A stretch of DNA of 64,000 nucleotides from the NCBI GenBank assembly GCA_030704615.1, contig CM060732.1:58466001-58530000 (forward strand), written 5' to 3'. The translations under genes were made by a program, and so were the position numbers. Below are positions 1 through 10,408 of the stretch, one piece after another (position 1 is the stretch's first letter; each line of letters starts with the position of its first letter). Origin of the DNA: Takakia lepidozioides (taxonomy: Eukaryota; Plantae; Bryophyta). The notes under the pieces are model-generated. The model ran no database searches, was not told where the DNA came from, and saw nothing but the letters and a program-made list of their open reading frames with translations.

Positions 1-692
1 ACCCGAGACCCACATGCCAATACATGAGTGGCTTACCACCATGCCACAACCCTCTTGTGTAGTTTTACACACATACACAAAAATGCTAGAAAAAAGTAAA
101 AATATAAAAATGGATGAATACCATAACCGGTACCATGGAACCGGCAATTTTTAAGATGGCATAACTAGTAGATTGAGAACCGGAAAAGAAAAAATTCATG
201 TGTTTAATTAGAACCTGTAACCGAGATGTTTTTCAAACCTATTGTTATACCCTGCCCCGGCCATCCACTTTTTTCAAGGAGTAGGCCATAACCGGGACCG
301 GAAGAGGGCTCAAAACATGGTACCTGGCCAACACTGGAATATACCACACCCGACAAGGTAGCAGGATTTGAACCCAGAATCACTTGGGTGGCACGCGCTC
401 TATCCAACTGAGCTACCGGCTGACTATTGAGAACCAGCCGACATTGAAATTTATGAATTTTTTTAATTTGTTTTTCAAAATGAAACCTGGGAGCAACTGC
501 TCACAATTCAGGCCCTTGAGGAGGGGGAAAAAATAACCTCCTTTCAGAGAAGCCATTAGGCACACAGGTGGAAACGTCACCACCAGACCAACCGGTCACG
601 AACAATCCACACACCAAGCAGGGCAGCGGGTTTGAACCACGAACCACCAGGGCGACGCACTGTACACTTCCCAGCTGAGCTAATGTGCTGAA
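1..692 (-). mobile_element. Cluster of three tRNA-derived (SINE-like) heads at ~1-60, ~349-422 and ~610-692
   Basis: Minus strand shows Pol III A/B boxes: TAGCTCAGTTGG...GGTTCAAATCC (349-422), TAGCTCAGCTGG...GGTTCAAACCC (610-692), and TGGCATGGTGG with the B box cut by the window edge. Anticodon and acceptor arms are degenerate. Confidence 0.55.
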
Positions 693-824
693 CATTCTAA
701 TACTATGGAATTGAAAAGTTAAAAAAAATAAACATCATGATCCGACTTGTATTAGAAAAAATAATACCCATCCAACTCTGGTTGGGACTCGGGACCAGGG
801 ATTTGTTTTTGGACCGGCCTTAGT

Positions 825-928
825 CGTTGATGTGGCTGTGAACCACCGTGTTGGTTGTTACAAAGGTGTCCACCTTCCTACCGGAAGGCAACAGCCCTTC
901 TGGGTCAAGTGACACCATAAGTTATGCT
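825..928 (+). mobile_element. 5'-truncated SINE copy (same family as 39005-39175); its 3' end was moved to ~2869-2909 by an inversion
   Basis: aaggtgtccacc...ggaaggca...gccctt...tgacaccataagtta matches the reverse complement of 39025-39135. gtggacgcgttgccgaagc at 2891-2909 resembles the SINE 3' end. Confidence 0.7.
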
Positions 929-930
929 AT

Positions 931-2067
931 GTGTCTACTCACCGTTTCATGGGTGATAAGCTTTTCAAAGAGCTCACTAGAGGGGGAGTGTCATGTTATT
1001 TGGAAGTGCCACCACGGAGCCAGCTGAATGCTTTATTGGAGCGCTTCCATTGTTCCTTGTATGCAGGTCACCTTGGTATCAAGAAAACCATGGCCCGCAT
1101 CCAAGAGGTTTACTATTGGCTGGGAATTCACCGGGATGTCACGGAGTTCATCTCTAAGTGTGAAGGTTGTCATGCTAACATTGCTCTCCCTAGGGTCCGG
1201 ATCTTGTATGAGCTGTAGCCTTTGCCTGTCACCCATGCTTTTGCTCGTGTTGGCATTGACTTGGTAGGACCCTTTGAACTCACATCAAAGGGTCGAAGCT
1301 ACCTTTGTGTTGCTACCGACTACTTGACTGAGAAGTCCGGCATTTGCGTTTGTCCTTGGGAAATACTAACGGATCAGGGCAAGGAGTTTTGTAACCAGCT
1401 CCTCATGGTGGTATGCTTCAATTTTGGTGTCAAGTATTCCACCACAGCCTCATACCATCCCTAGACCAATGGCCTCATGGAACGCTTCAACCAAACTCTT
1501 TGCCGAATATTGGAGAAGAATGGCGCACTTACCAGGGAGTGACATACTTTTCTTCCCCATATTCTCTTTGCTTATCGCACCGCCATGCATGCTAGCACCA
1601 AAAAGACTCATTTTGAATTGTTGTATGGTCGCAAGTGTGTTTCTCCTTTATATTCTACCCCTCTTATCTCTACTATTGCTGATCCGGTTGATCTTGATAC
1701 CTTTGTTGAGGATCTTCATGCTCGGCATGTGGTGTCTATCCATGATGCCAAGACGAACATTGGTAAGGCTCAGCTAACCTATGCCCGCAATTTTAACAAA
1801 CGTGTCAAGTATTCTAATCTATTTCAGATGGGACAGACCGTGTGCGTTCGATTGCAGCATGGTAAGCATGCATGCAAATCTAAACTAGTCAAGATCGACG
1901 GTCCATACTTGATCTATCAGATTTTACGTGGGCGACGTGCTCTCCTTCTTCCACAGGGGTCCAATACTGAAGTGCGGGATGATCCGGTTTCTTTGACGGA
2001 TCTGGTACATTCCGAGTTGGTCTTTGATCTCACGTACATCAATGTGGAGGGACGTACGGTGGGGTGA
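931..2067 (+). pseudogene. Family A integrase (HHCC zinc finger plus DDE core), disrupted
   Basis: HCSLYAGHLG..CEGC, VGIDLVGP, ILTDQGKEF, GLMERFNQTL. In-frame stops at 1216 and 1462, a frameshift and an internal deletion. Confidence 0.9.
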
Positions 2068-2400
2068 TGCCTTCATCGTCTTCGCCGATCTACTTCAACT
2101 TGATCATCTTGTCTTCAGCGTCTTAGTCTTAGATTGCGGAATGTGATTTTCATGGCCTTATGGCTTGCCCATTCTAGGACTTAAAAATTTGTCGTCTTAT
2201 GATATATCACCACATGTACTCCCTGCACGGTTATCCTAGCCAAGGGTTTTGTTCTCGGCCCAATTTGCAGGTGCCATGTTTTTCTTTGGTAGGTTTTTCA
2301 CCAAGCAGCGGAGGGTGACTTTATCAAAATATTTACTTATTATTTCTTATATTTTCCTTCGCGGAGCTCAGGATTTTTCGTGGGGGGTAGGCTTCACAGA

Positions 2401-2854
2401 TGTGATGGCCCAAACTCTCATCATCACCAATTTGCCTTATTCATCCAAAATGGCGATACTCATTCATAGTATAATTATTTTGGCCTAAGTACCGTTAAAC
2501 CGTTACAATGATAGCATAGTCAGGGTTAGTTAATACTAAGTGGCCGCATCCTAGCCGTTCACTAGATCTAGGGCTATGAAAAGGTACCGTGGGCTTAGCC
2601 TGTCACGTCTCGCCACGCGGCATGCAGAGCTCTAGGGTTTGTATAAAGCGGCGGCCTGACCTTGTGTCAGGCAGTTGATAGACGCTAGTGTATGTATGTG
2701 TCTGTAAAGGTGTCCCATCACGATACGTATAAGATTTATGTTAGTTCACTTGTGAAGATCCTCCTCTCGCGTGCATGCACGCTCCTCTTGCTTTGCCCTT
2801 GTCATTTTGAAGAGCACGTGTGAGGACAGGCATATATTCCTCCTGCTTCTTTTA
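2401..2854 (+). repeat. Family A LTR core, 3' copy (A2)
   Basis: TGTGATGGCC...CTTCTTTTA. Matches 4398-4780 plus 8689-8769, and 21783-22231. TATA-like TATAAA at 2642. Confidence 0.9.
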
Positions 2855-3107
2855 AGGCTTCACAACCACAAAAAAAAGATAAAAAAAAAGGTGGACGCGT
2901 TGCCGAAGCGATAGAGAATTTGTTTGTGCAAGGACTCGGAAAGGCTTGTTGGCGAACGCCCTGATTGGCATCGCAGCAGTAGCGCAACATGTAGCTGATC
3001 ATCCATGACTGCACTGGAAGCAACGAATACCAAAAAAAGATACTGATTAAACCAAAGTCGGTGAACGAAGACAGGCAGCAGCCCGCAACACCACGATCAC
3101 CCTTAAT

Positions 3108-4172
3108 TCACGGGCAGGTTGAACATGAAATCACCTTGGTGATGTCGTGAGAGTTAGAATCGTGCATGGAAAGTGCCCACCACTTCCACACACTCATGGT
3201 CTTAACCCAAAAAGACACACAGGTAGAGTTCTCATTCTCCCAAACGCGAGATAACACTGAATCGATAGGAAAGTGATCAAGACTTTCAAGCACCTTAGAT
3301 CTAACAAACCGCTGATCAACAAACAGGGTCCCTGGCAAAATGACGATGTCGGCAGCTCGGCCAACCAAACTGTCCGATGACAGTCCTTCAAGTAGGTCAA
3401 TCGACGGCGGCAGACCTCTGTTTGGCTCGTGATGAAAGTGAAGAACACGCAGAATGAGAGAGCCCGTACCTCGGAGAGCTAATGACAACCAAGATGGCTC
3501 GACAAAGGAGGAGACCAGCCAATCACGGTGAACACGTTCAAAGGATAAAGGAAGATGAAGCCCCAGCTCTTTCCACGACAGGGTCTGATGATGCAAGAAG
3601 CGGGCCTTGACCACGTCACGAGACATACGAGCAGCGTTCCTCGAGGCCACAACCTTCCTTGTCAAAGAGAGAGAGTCTGTGGCGATCACCGCCTGGTCAG
3701 TGTCAGGTCGTCTCGGCGCCAAGACTTGACTCTCAGTAAAGTAGGATATGTCTCGTTGCATCTCAATCTCTACTTTGTCAAACCAGAATTGATCAATAGA
3801 AAGCAAGTTACACACTAAAGCATCATACTCTTGTGATTGCGCTATGTCTCTCTCAAACTCACGTTCCTGCTCTCTGGGACAGACATAATTAGGCCCTGGA
3901 TCGTGATAGTTATCAAAGTTATAATACTCGGGATCACACCTATCCAATGAACCAGATCTCCCAGTGCTTGGCAACCAAGCTTCGGCTACAGCTAGATTAG
4001 CTTCATCACTAGGACTAGGTGAATTCAAGCGGACAACAAGACGTGATTCGACAGCATTATCTCCACACACCGGTAACACCGGCAAGACAAGAGTGCCAGA
4101 CGGCGTACTGGAAGAGGGAGGGTTAGCAGGTGAAGCAGAAAGTGAAATGACCAGATCAAGCTCCACATGCAA
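3108..4172 (-). CDS. Family A ORF1, 354 aa, no recognisable domain (occupies the gag position)
   Basis: Open in both copies (also 20490-21557). Lies between PBS and integrase. No CCHC, protease or RT motif seen. Confidence 0.55.
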   Translation of the reverse strand: MHVELDLVISLSASPANPPSSSTPSGTLVLPVLPVCGDNAVESRLVVRLNSPSPSDEANLAVAEAWLPSTGRSGSLDRCDPEYYNFDNYHDPGPNYVCPREQEREFERDIAQSQEYDALVCNLLSIDQFWFDKVEIEMQRDISYFTESQVLAPRRPDTDQAVIATDSLSLTRKVVASRNAARMSRDVVKARFLHHQTLSWKELGLHLPLSFERVHRDWLVSSFVEPSWLSLALRGTGSLILRVLHFHHEPNRGLPPSIDLLEGLSSDSLVGRAADIVILPGTLFVDQRFVRSKVLESLDHFPIDSVLSRVWENENSTCVSFWVKTMSVWKWWALSMHDSNSHDITKVISCSTCP

Positions 4173-4382
4173 GCGCTAGCCTTAACGATTAACAACACTT
4201 CTAGTTATCGACACATGAGACGCCATAACCTGATACGTAAGCGAGATTAACAAGCAAGCATGGAGAGAACTCAGTACTAAGCAAATACACCGCAGGGTGA
4301 CGGGCTCCCGCCATCTTTATAAGACACTGAGGAGCACTTAAGCGTAACCTAAGCACGCCGTTCAAATGGTCAAGGAAAGTAT

Positions 4383-4397
4383 CCGGCGTCTCCACCA
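4383..4397 (-). promoter_or_regulatory. Primer-binding site of family A, tRNA-Ala-like
   Basis: TGGTGGAGACGCCGG directly after the LTR core, complementary to a ...CCGGCGTCTCCA-CCA tRNA 3' end. Same site at 21768-21782. Confidence 0.75.
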
Positions 4398-4780
4398 TAA
4401 AAGAAGCAGGAGGTATATCTGCCTATCCTCACAAGTGATCTTCAAAATGACAAGGGCAAAGCAAGAGGAGCGTGCACGAGAGGAGGATCTTCACAATGAA
4501 CTGATAGAAATTTCACACGTATCGTGATGAGACACCTTTACATACACATACATACACCAGTGTACATCAGCTGCTTGATACAAGGTCAGGCCGCCGCTTT
4601 ATACCAACCCTAGCTGCATGCTTGCATGCCTGCATGCCGCGTGGCGAGCCGTGCCAAGCTGAGCCTGCGGCGCCTTTTCATAGCCCTAGATCTAGTGAAC
4701 GGCCAGGATGCGGCCACTTAGTATTAGCTAACCCTGACTATGTTATCATTGTAACGGTTTAATGGTACTTAGGCCAAAAG

Positions 4781-5511
4781 TGTCGCGGCCCTTTGCCTTG
4801 AGGGCAGGGGGTCGGGACACACGAGGGGCTGCCCCTGTGGTGGGGGCAGCGGCAGCGATAGGTATGGGGGGGGCTGAAGCACCCTTGAGTGCCCAAGGCA
4901 CTCAGGGAAGCAGAGGCGCTCACTAGGTGGAGCCCCGCACACTGGGTTGCGGTGGGGGTGGCTCCACAAGGGGTGGTGGTAGCTTAGCGGGACTTAGTGG
5001 GGGTGGCATAGGACTCACCATGGGGGCGGAGACCTCGTGGTGGGAGTCGTGGGGAGTCTTGGGACTCATCACGGTCCATAGGGGCCGTGGTGAGTGGGCC
5101 AAGACTCACCGCGACTCATCACCGGGAGTCAAGGGTTTTCGTGGTGGTTCGCCATAAAATGGCAGGCTGGTTGTGAAACCCCCGCGGACAGCTACAGAAG
5201 TATATATATAAGGGGAGTGGTGACCTCGAGAACGGTGCAAGCCCGTTGGTGACCAAAAACTAGTGAGTAAGCGAGCGAGCCGGAAAGCGACCAAAGAGTG
5301 GGGAGCTGTTCCGGACTGCCATCTACCAAAGGGAATTCTCCTAGTCCCAAATAGGTGGAGGGTTTAGTGGGAAGCGAAGGGGGACCGTTATGTCCCGGTG
5401 AGCAGCCGAAGCTCCAAGTTGGCCCGGGCGGCGAGGTTGGGAGTCAGGCGCGCGCATCAAAGCGAGTAACTATGACTTGAAGGGGAGCTTACCGAAGAGA
5501 GGTGCGCGACA
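4781..5511 (+). repeat. 5' LTR of chromovirus B
   Basis: TGTCGCG...CGCGACA termini; preceded by TSD AAAAG (4776-4780); near-identical to 8770-9502 (minus). Confidence 0.95.
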
Positions 5512-5513
5512 CT

Positions 5514-5525
5514 TGGTATCAGAGC
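5514..5525 (+). promoter_or_regulatory. tRNA-iMet PBS of element B
   Basis: TGGTATCAGAGC, 2 nt after the LTR. Confidence 0.95.
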
Positions 5526-5566
5526 TTAGAGTTCAGTACGCGATTGTCCTTGGGATTGGCCTCATC

Positions 5567-5803
5567 ATGGGGTCGGGCAAACCAAAGCGAAAGCGGAACG
5601 GCCCAAAAGATGATGATCCTGGTGAGCCCGATGGGGGCGACGTGTCACCGAAGCGGCCGTTTGAGGAAGCGACGCTGGTTTTTGAAAGCGAGGCCGCTCA
5701 AGAGCGGGAGGAATCCGAGGAGTCGGAGCCCGAGGAATCCGTGAGAGCTCCGCCATACACTAAGGAACAGTTGGAGGCCAAGGTGGCTAAGGTTTTTGAA
5801 GAG
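5567..5803 (+). pseudogene. Element B gag N-terminus, cut by an inversion
   Basis: MGSGKPKRK...KVFEE joins in frame to MSNEMRKER at 14770 (minus). Confidence 0.75.
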
Positions 5804-7130
5804 GATCTACTCCGAGTATGGGAGGATGGACGAGTGAGGATTGTGCCTCATCCAACACAACGAGCACGATTGGTACGCCATGCCCCTAAGGAGTTGGGAC
5901 ATTTTGGGGTGCGGTGCACTCATAGTTTGCTGCAATGACAGTACTGGTGGCGGGACATGCATACGGATGTACAACAGTTAGTAGCAAGGTGTATGGTGTG
6001 TGATAGAGTGCGGGCTTCTTTCAATGCACCTACTTCACAATTGCATCCTTTACCCATTATGGATTTGGGCTATCGTTGGAGTCTTGACTTCGCAAGCCCA
6101 TTGCCACTGACGATTTGCCATAACAAGTATGTGCTGGTGATGGTGGAACATTTCTCCAAATGGATTGAACTGGTGGCATTGCCTGACAAGGCAAGTGAGG
6201 GGGCTGCATATGCATTCTTAGATCGAGTGCTTAGCCAATTTGGTGCTCCAGCTGAGGTACTCACGGACCAGGGGAGAGAGTTCTTGGGGGAGTTTCAGGC
6301 TTTAATTGTGTGAGCAAGCCTTGATAGATCACCGCACTACTTCTCGGGATCATCCCGAGGCTGATGGCTTGGCCGAGAGGGTTGTGCAAACAGTCAAACG
6401 AGGCTTGCGCAAGTATGGCTTGCAAAAGGAACACTTGGGAGATTGGGACCTTCAGCTACCTTGGTTGGCCATGGGCTACAAGTTTAGCAAGCAAGCATCA
6501 CTTGTCTCGTTCTCACCTTATTTCATTTTCTTTGGCCGAGAGCCAGATTTGTCTGCATCTATTTGCAAGGAGACTGCAGTAATCCTCAACCTTGATAATC
6601 CGGATGTGTGGACACAAGCATGTGCCCAGCGAACAGAGTTGTTCAAGAGAGTCATGCCTATGGCTTTTGAGAACCTTGCTATTGCCCAACACCGAGACAC
6701 ATTGAGATACACCACTATACGTGGAGGGGGATATCGGCCAGGTGTTCGGCGTTTCCATCCTGGGGACTATGTGTACCTGCAGCAGACAGCGCCTACGACC
6801 TTGGATGTCACAGCAGGTCGTGTGATTCTAAGGGTCCGGGAGATGTTGCCTTCAGGAGTGTTGATTTTGGAGAGTCGAGATGGCATGGTATGGAAGGACC
6901 ATGTGCGCAATTGTGCGTCATGTCACCTTCCACATGTGGACGGGAGGATAGATCCTAACCTTGCAGTGGTACCTGCAGGGTTGCGTTGCATGCTATGTGG
7001 GCATGCTGGTGGTGCCGCGACCATGTTGGTGTGTGACAAATGCTCAAGGGGGTGGCACATAGGATGCTTGACACCGCCACTTGAGGAGGTTCCTAGTGGA
7101 GAATGGTTGTGTCCACGATGCCTTGGATAG
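5804..7130 (+). pseudogene. Family C integrase (HHCC, DDE) with C-terminal PHD finger (6987-7121)
   Basis: LGHFG..CMVC, WSLDF, VLTDQGREF, GLAERVVQT; PHD CMLC..CDKC..WHIGC..WLCPRC. Stop at 5936 and frameshift at ~6305. Confidence 0.92.
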
Positions 7131-7380
7131 AGGTAGTGGGGCATGACAGTGGTGAGGTTGACAAGTGATCCAAGGTCTAGCTAACGGGAGTTCAATGCCA
7201 TGGACACCCAATTGAAGCCATGGATTGCAGGAAGACGAGTAACGATGGGGCTACTTTTGCACCCGACCTCTTGATCTATTGCCTTCAGATACTGGACTTG
7301 GGCGATTGATGACCAAGCGATGATCTTATTGGGATGGATACTTGTTAGCTATCCGGTGTTAGAGGGACCTAATCACCAGC

Positions 7381-7930
7381 TAGGGGGGCGATTGTGGTAT
7401 AGCTTTCGAGGATTGTGTGCTTAGATTGTGTGGTGGACAACGATGTGTGTTGTGGCACGATGCTTAGGTGCACGACAGCTGTCATGGTTTTAATCATGGT
7501 TATCTAGAATTACCTACTTCTAGTTAACTAGGACATTTTAGATATTTATATTTATATTTTGTGTGTTGGGACTTCATTTGGTCTCACATGCCAAGTGAGG
7601 TGTCGAGCCTCACTTGGGACATGGGGATAGGTTTTCCCCTTGTGAGGATGGAGGAGGCTCATCTTCTTGTAGTTGAGCCTCCATGAGCCTCTTTCACCTC
7701 CATAGCTCTAGGTATTGTGAGGGAGTGTGGTGAGGACTTTGTAGGGTGGATTTCCTTAGCAAGGGTGCCCTTGGCTTGACTTAGTTTATGTAATTGAGTG
7801 GATTCATGAGTGGAGGGTTTCCATTATGTTCACTTTCATTATCATTGTGGTATAGCTTTCTAGGATTGTGTGCTTAGATTGTGTGGTGGACAACGATGTG
7901 TGTTGTGGCACGATGCTTAGGTGCATGGCA
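7381..7930 (+). repeat. Family C 3' terminus: PPT, B1 (7392-7477), GC spacer, A2 (7480-7844), B2 (7845-7930)
   Basis: The 86-bp B repeat occurs twice. A2 matches 18514-18867 (minus). TSD GCCC at 7931-7934. Confidence 0.92.
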
Positions 7931-8688
7931 GCCCCAAGGAATCGCCCCCTCGATGTCACTCACATTTTAGTACTAACACGTGAGACTATCAAATTAGTCG
8001 GTATGTTAGTATAGTATACTGAGGGTTAGTACTTAGTACCAAGTCATTACAGGCTTGGGTTGTGTTTAATTGGTCTTGGACACATTAACATGACCATTCA
8101 TATTTAAGGATGATGGCTTTTAAGTTGGATGAAAAGAAGCATATATCATTACCAACCACCATTGGACATGGACGATACAAGATGGAATGTTGTTAAAGTT
8201 GCAGTCTTCAAAAAGGACATGGCCATGTCGTTAAAGTTGAAGGAGGTTGCAGTCTTCAAAAATTCAACATGGCCATGAACTTAAAGAACATGGCCAAAAA
8301 TTCAAACATGGCCATGACGTTGCGATCTTAAAGCCATGGCCATTTGAGGCTTGTCACTTTTGTAGGGAGCTTATGATTTGTTTGTGCATGCAATTGGTGA
8401 AAATATGATGTCATGTAGAATTAGAAGCGCACAGCCTCTAAAAATTGAACTCGCCATAATTTGGATGCAGAGGGAACACATCTTCCCCCAAAAACTACAC
8501 CATACTTGGAAACATAGTCAGTTACGATGATGGAAAAAGTTCAAGTGTCGCCAAATAAACCTCCACCTCAAAAATTTACTCATCCAAAATGAACTATGGC
8601 ACAACAGGTGCAACCAACCACATGTATATCATGTGCTTCCCAACAATACATTGCCACACTTTCCTCATTTCACATCCAGAGCTAGCCA

Positions 8689-8769
8689 TGTGATGGCCCA
8701 AACTCTCCTCATCACCAATTTGCCTTATTCATCCAAAACGGCGATACTCATTCATAGTATAATTCTTTT
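8689..8769 (+). repeat. Displaced 5' end of the family A 5' LTR
   Basis: TGTGATGGCCCAAAC...; flank GCCA at 8685-8688; ends at the second AAAAG TSD copy of element B. Confidence 0.9.
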
Positions 8770-9502
8770 TGTCGCGCACCTCTCTTCGGTAAGCTCCCCT
8801 TCAAGTCATAGTTACTCGCTTTGATGCGCGCGCCTGACTCCCAACCTCGCCGCCCGGGCCAACTTGGAGCTTCGGCTGCTCACCGGGACATAACTGTCCC
8901 CCTTCGCTTCCCACTAAACCCTCCACCTATTTGGGACTAGGAGAATTCCCTTTGGTAGATGGCAGTCCGGAACAGCTCCCCACTCTTTGGTCGCTTTCCG
9001 GCTCGCTCGCTTACTCACTAGTTTTTGGTCACCAACGGGCTTGCACCGTTCTCGGGGTCACTACTCCCCTTATATATACTTCTGTAGCTGTCCGCGGGGG
9101 TTTCACAACCAGCCATGCCATTTTATGGCGAACCACCACGAAAACCCTCGACTCCCGGTGATGAGTCGCGGTGAGTCTTGGCCCACTCACCACGACCCCT
9201 ATGGACCGTGATGAGTCCCAAGACTCCCCACGACTCCCACCACGAGGTCTCCGCCCCCATGGTGAGCCCTATGCCACCCCCACTAAGTCCCGCTAAGCTA
9301 TCACCACCCCTTGTGGAGCCACCCCCACCGCAACCCGGTGTGCGGGGCTCCACCTAGTGAGCGCCTCCGCTTCCCTGAGTGCCTTGGGCACTCAAGGGTG
9401 CTTCAGCCCCCCCCCCCATACCTATCGTTGCCGCTGCCCCCACCACAGGGGCAGCCCCTCGTGTGTCCCGACCCCCTGCCCTCAAGGCAAAGGGCCGCGA
9501 CA
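8770..9502 (-). repeat. 3' LTR of chromovirus B
   Basis: Reverse complement of 4781-5511. Preceded by purine tract GGTAGGGG, followed by TSD AAAAG (8765-8769, minus). Confidence 0.95.
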
Positions 9503-10408
9503 CACACCCCTACCAACAGGGAGTCGATGTCCTCATCGACTTGTCCATTTTGTAGAGACGAACATCCAAGTTGTGGCGTCCCACATCAAGGAGTTTGTTT
9601 CCGTACCATGGCATCCCATGGCAAAGAACCAAACCCCACACTTGACTCTACTCTCCACTAGCTAGTTCGGCCGACTTCCTCCAAGTCCCGGCCAAGGGTG
9701 GAGCCTCTCCAGCTCCTCCCAGTGCACTCTTCTTGGCCTACTTCAAGGCCAAGGGACGATCCTCCCCGAGGATCGAATCGCCTTACTGCAACAACATTGC
9801 TTGCGATCGCTCATGATGCCGCTTTTGGCATCACCTTGAGCAAGGGTTCACCTGGAACCCTCTTTGACTAGGAAGATAACCTTGAACCAACCGTGCGCCC
9901 CAATCACTACAATTGGGTCCGCCTTGGAATGCTGGCCTGAGGTACGAGAACACGCCGAAGCCGCACTACGACTTCGTCCCGAGGCTACACGATTATAGTA
10001 CGTGAACGGAAGCACGTAGCTTCCGCGTTAGCCCGCACTACAAGGCAACCCCCTCGGTAGTGCAGTTATAGTACGCGCACGTGCCAGGTGCTGCACTAGC
10101 ACGTGAACTCCCAAAGAAGGCGCAAGTTTCCTTGCCCCTTGGATGAGGGTCACCCAATTTTGGCACTACGCAAACACACGATTAACCCAATTTACCTCTC
10201 CCACTTTTATAAGCTAGCATGCATTCTACACACTAGCCAACCATACCATGCATCACCATTCCAAACAAAATAAGACGCACAACATTTGGAAGCCATTTCA
10301 TTTATAGCACATTTTGTACAATACAAGTTTTTGCAATCGGATTCCTAAGCTAGCTAAGCCGGGCTAAGCATGCATTTCCTCCCCCACGCTCCAAGGTTGA
10401 TGTCCCCA

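Larger units (their letters stand above)
929..2864 (+). mobile_element. Ty3/gypsy family A, 3' half (inverted relative to its 5' half): integrase remnant, PPT, split 3' terminal repeats
   Basis: Integrase motifs at 931-2067; PPT GGGGGG 2382-2387; B1 AGGCTTCACA 2389-2398; spacer GA; A2 2401-2854; B2 AGGCTTCACA 2855-2864; flank ACCA. Confidence 0.9.
2910..4780 (-). mobile_element. Family A, 5' half: 5' LTR core (4398-4780, split by element B), PBS, ORF1, start of the integrase region
   Basis: Collinear with the second copy at 20293-22155. It breaks at ...CTCTATC and resumes at ATGTGTCTACTC (929), as the unbroken copy shows. Confidence 0.9.

Noticed and set aside
349-692. Functional tRNA genes
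   Set aside because: A and B boxes are present, but no proper acceptor stem or anticodon arm can be folded.
2401-2854. Non-canonical TG...TA LTR
   Set aside because: The true right end is B2 (...TCACA); TA is only the end of the A segment.
5477-5938. ORF fusing a gag N-terminus to an integrase
   Set aside because: It is the reciprocal breakpoint of the same inversion.
7392-7930. A tiny 86-bp-LTR element, or a nested solo LTR
   Set aside because: No TSD around either piece. The TSD and empty site match only when A1 and B2 are taken as the termini, and two other families share the layout.
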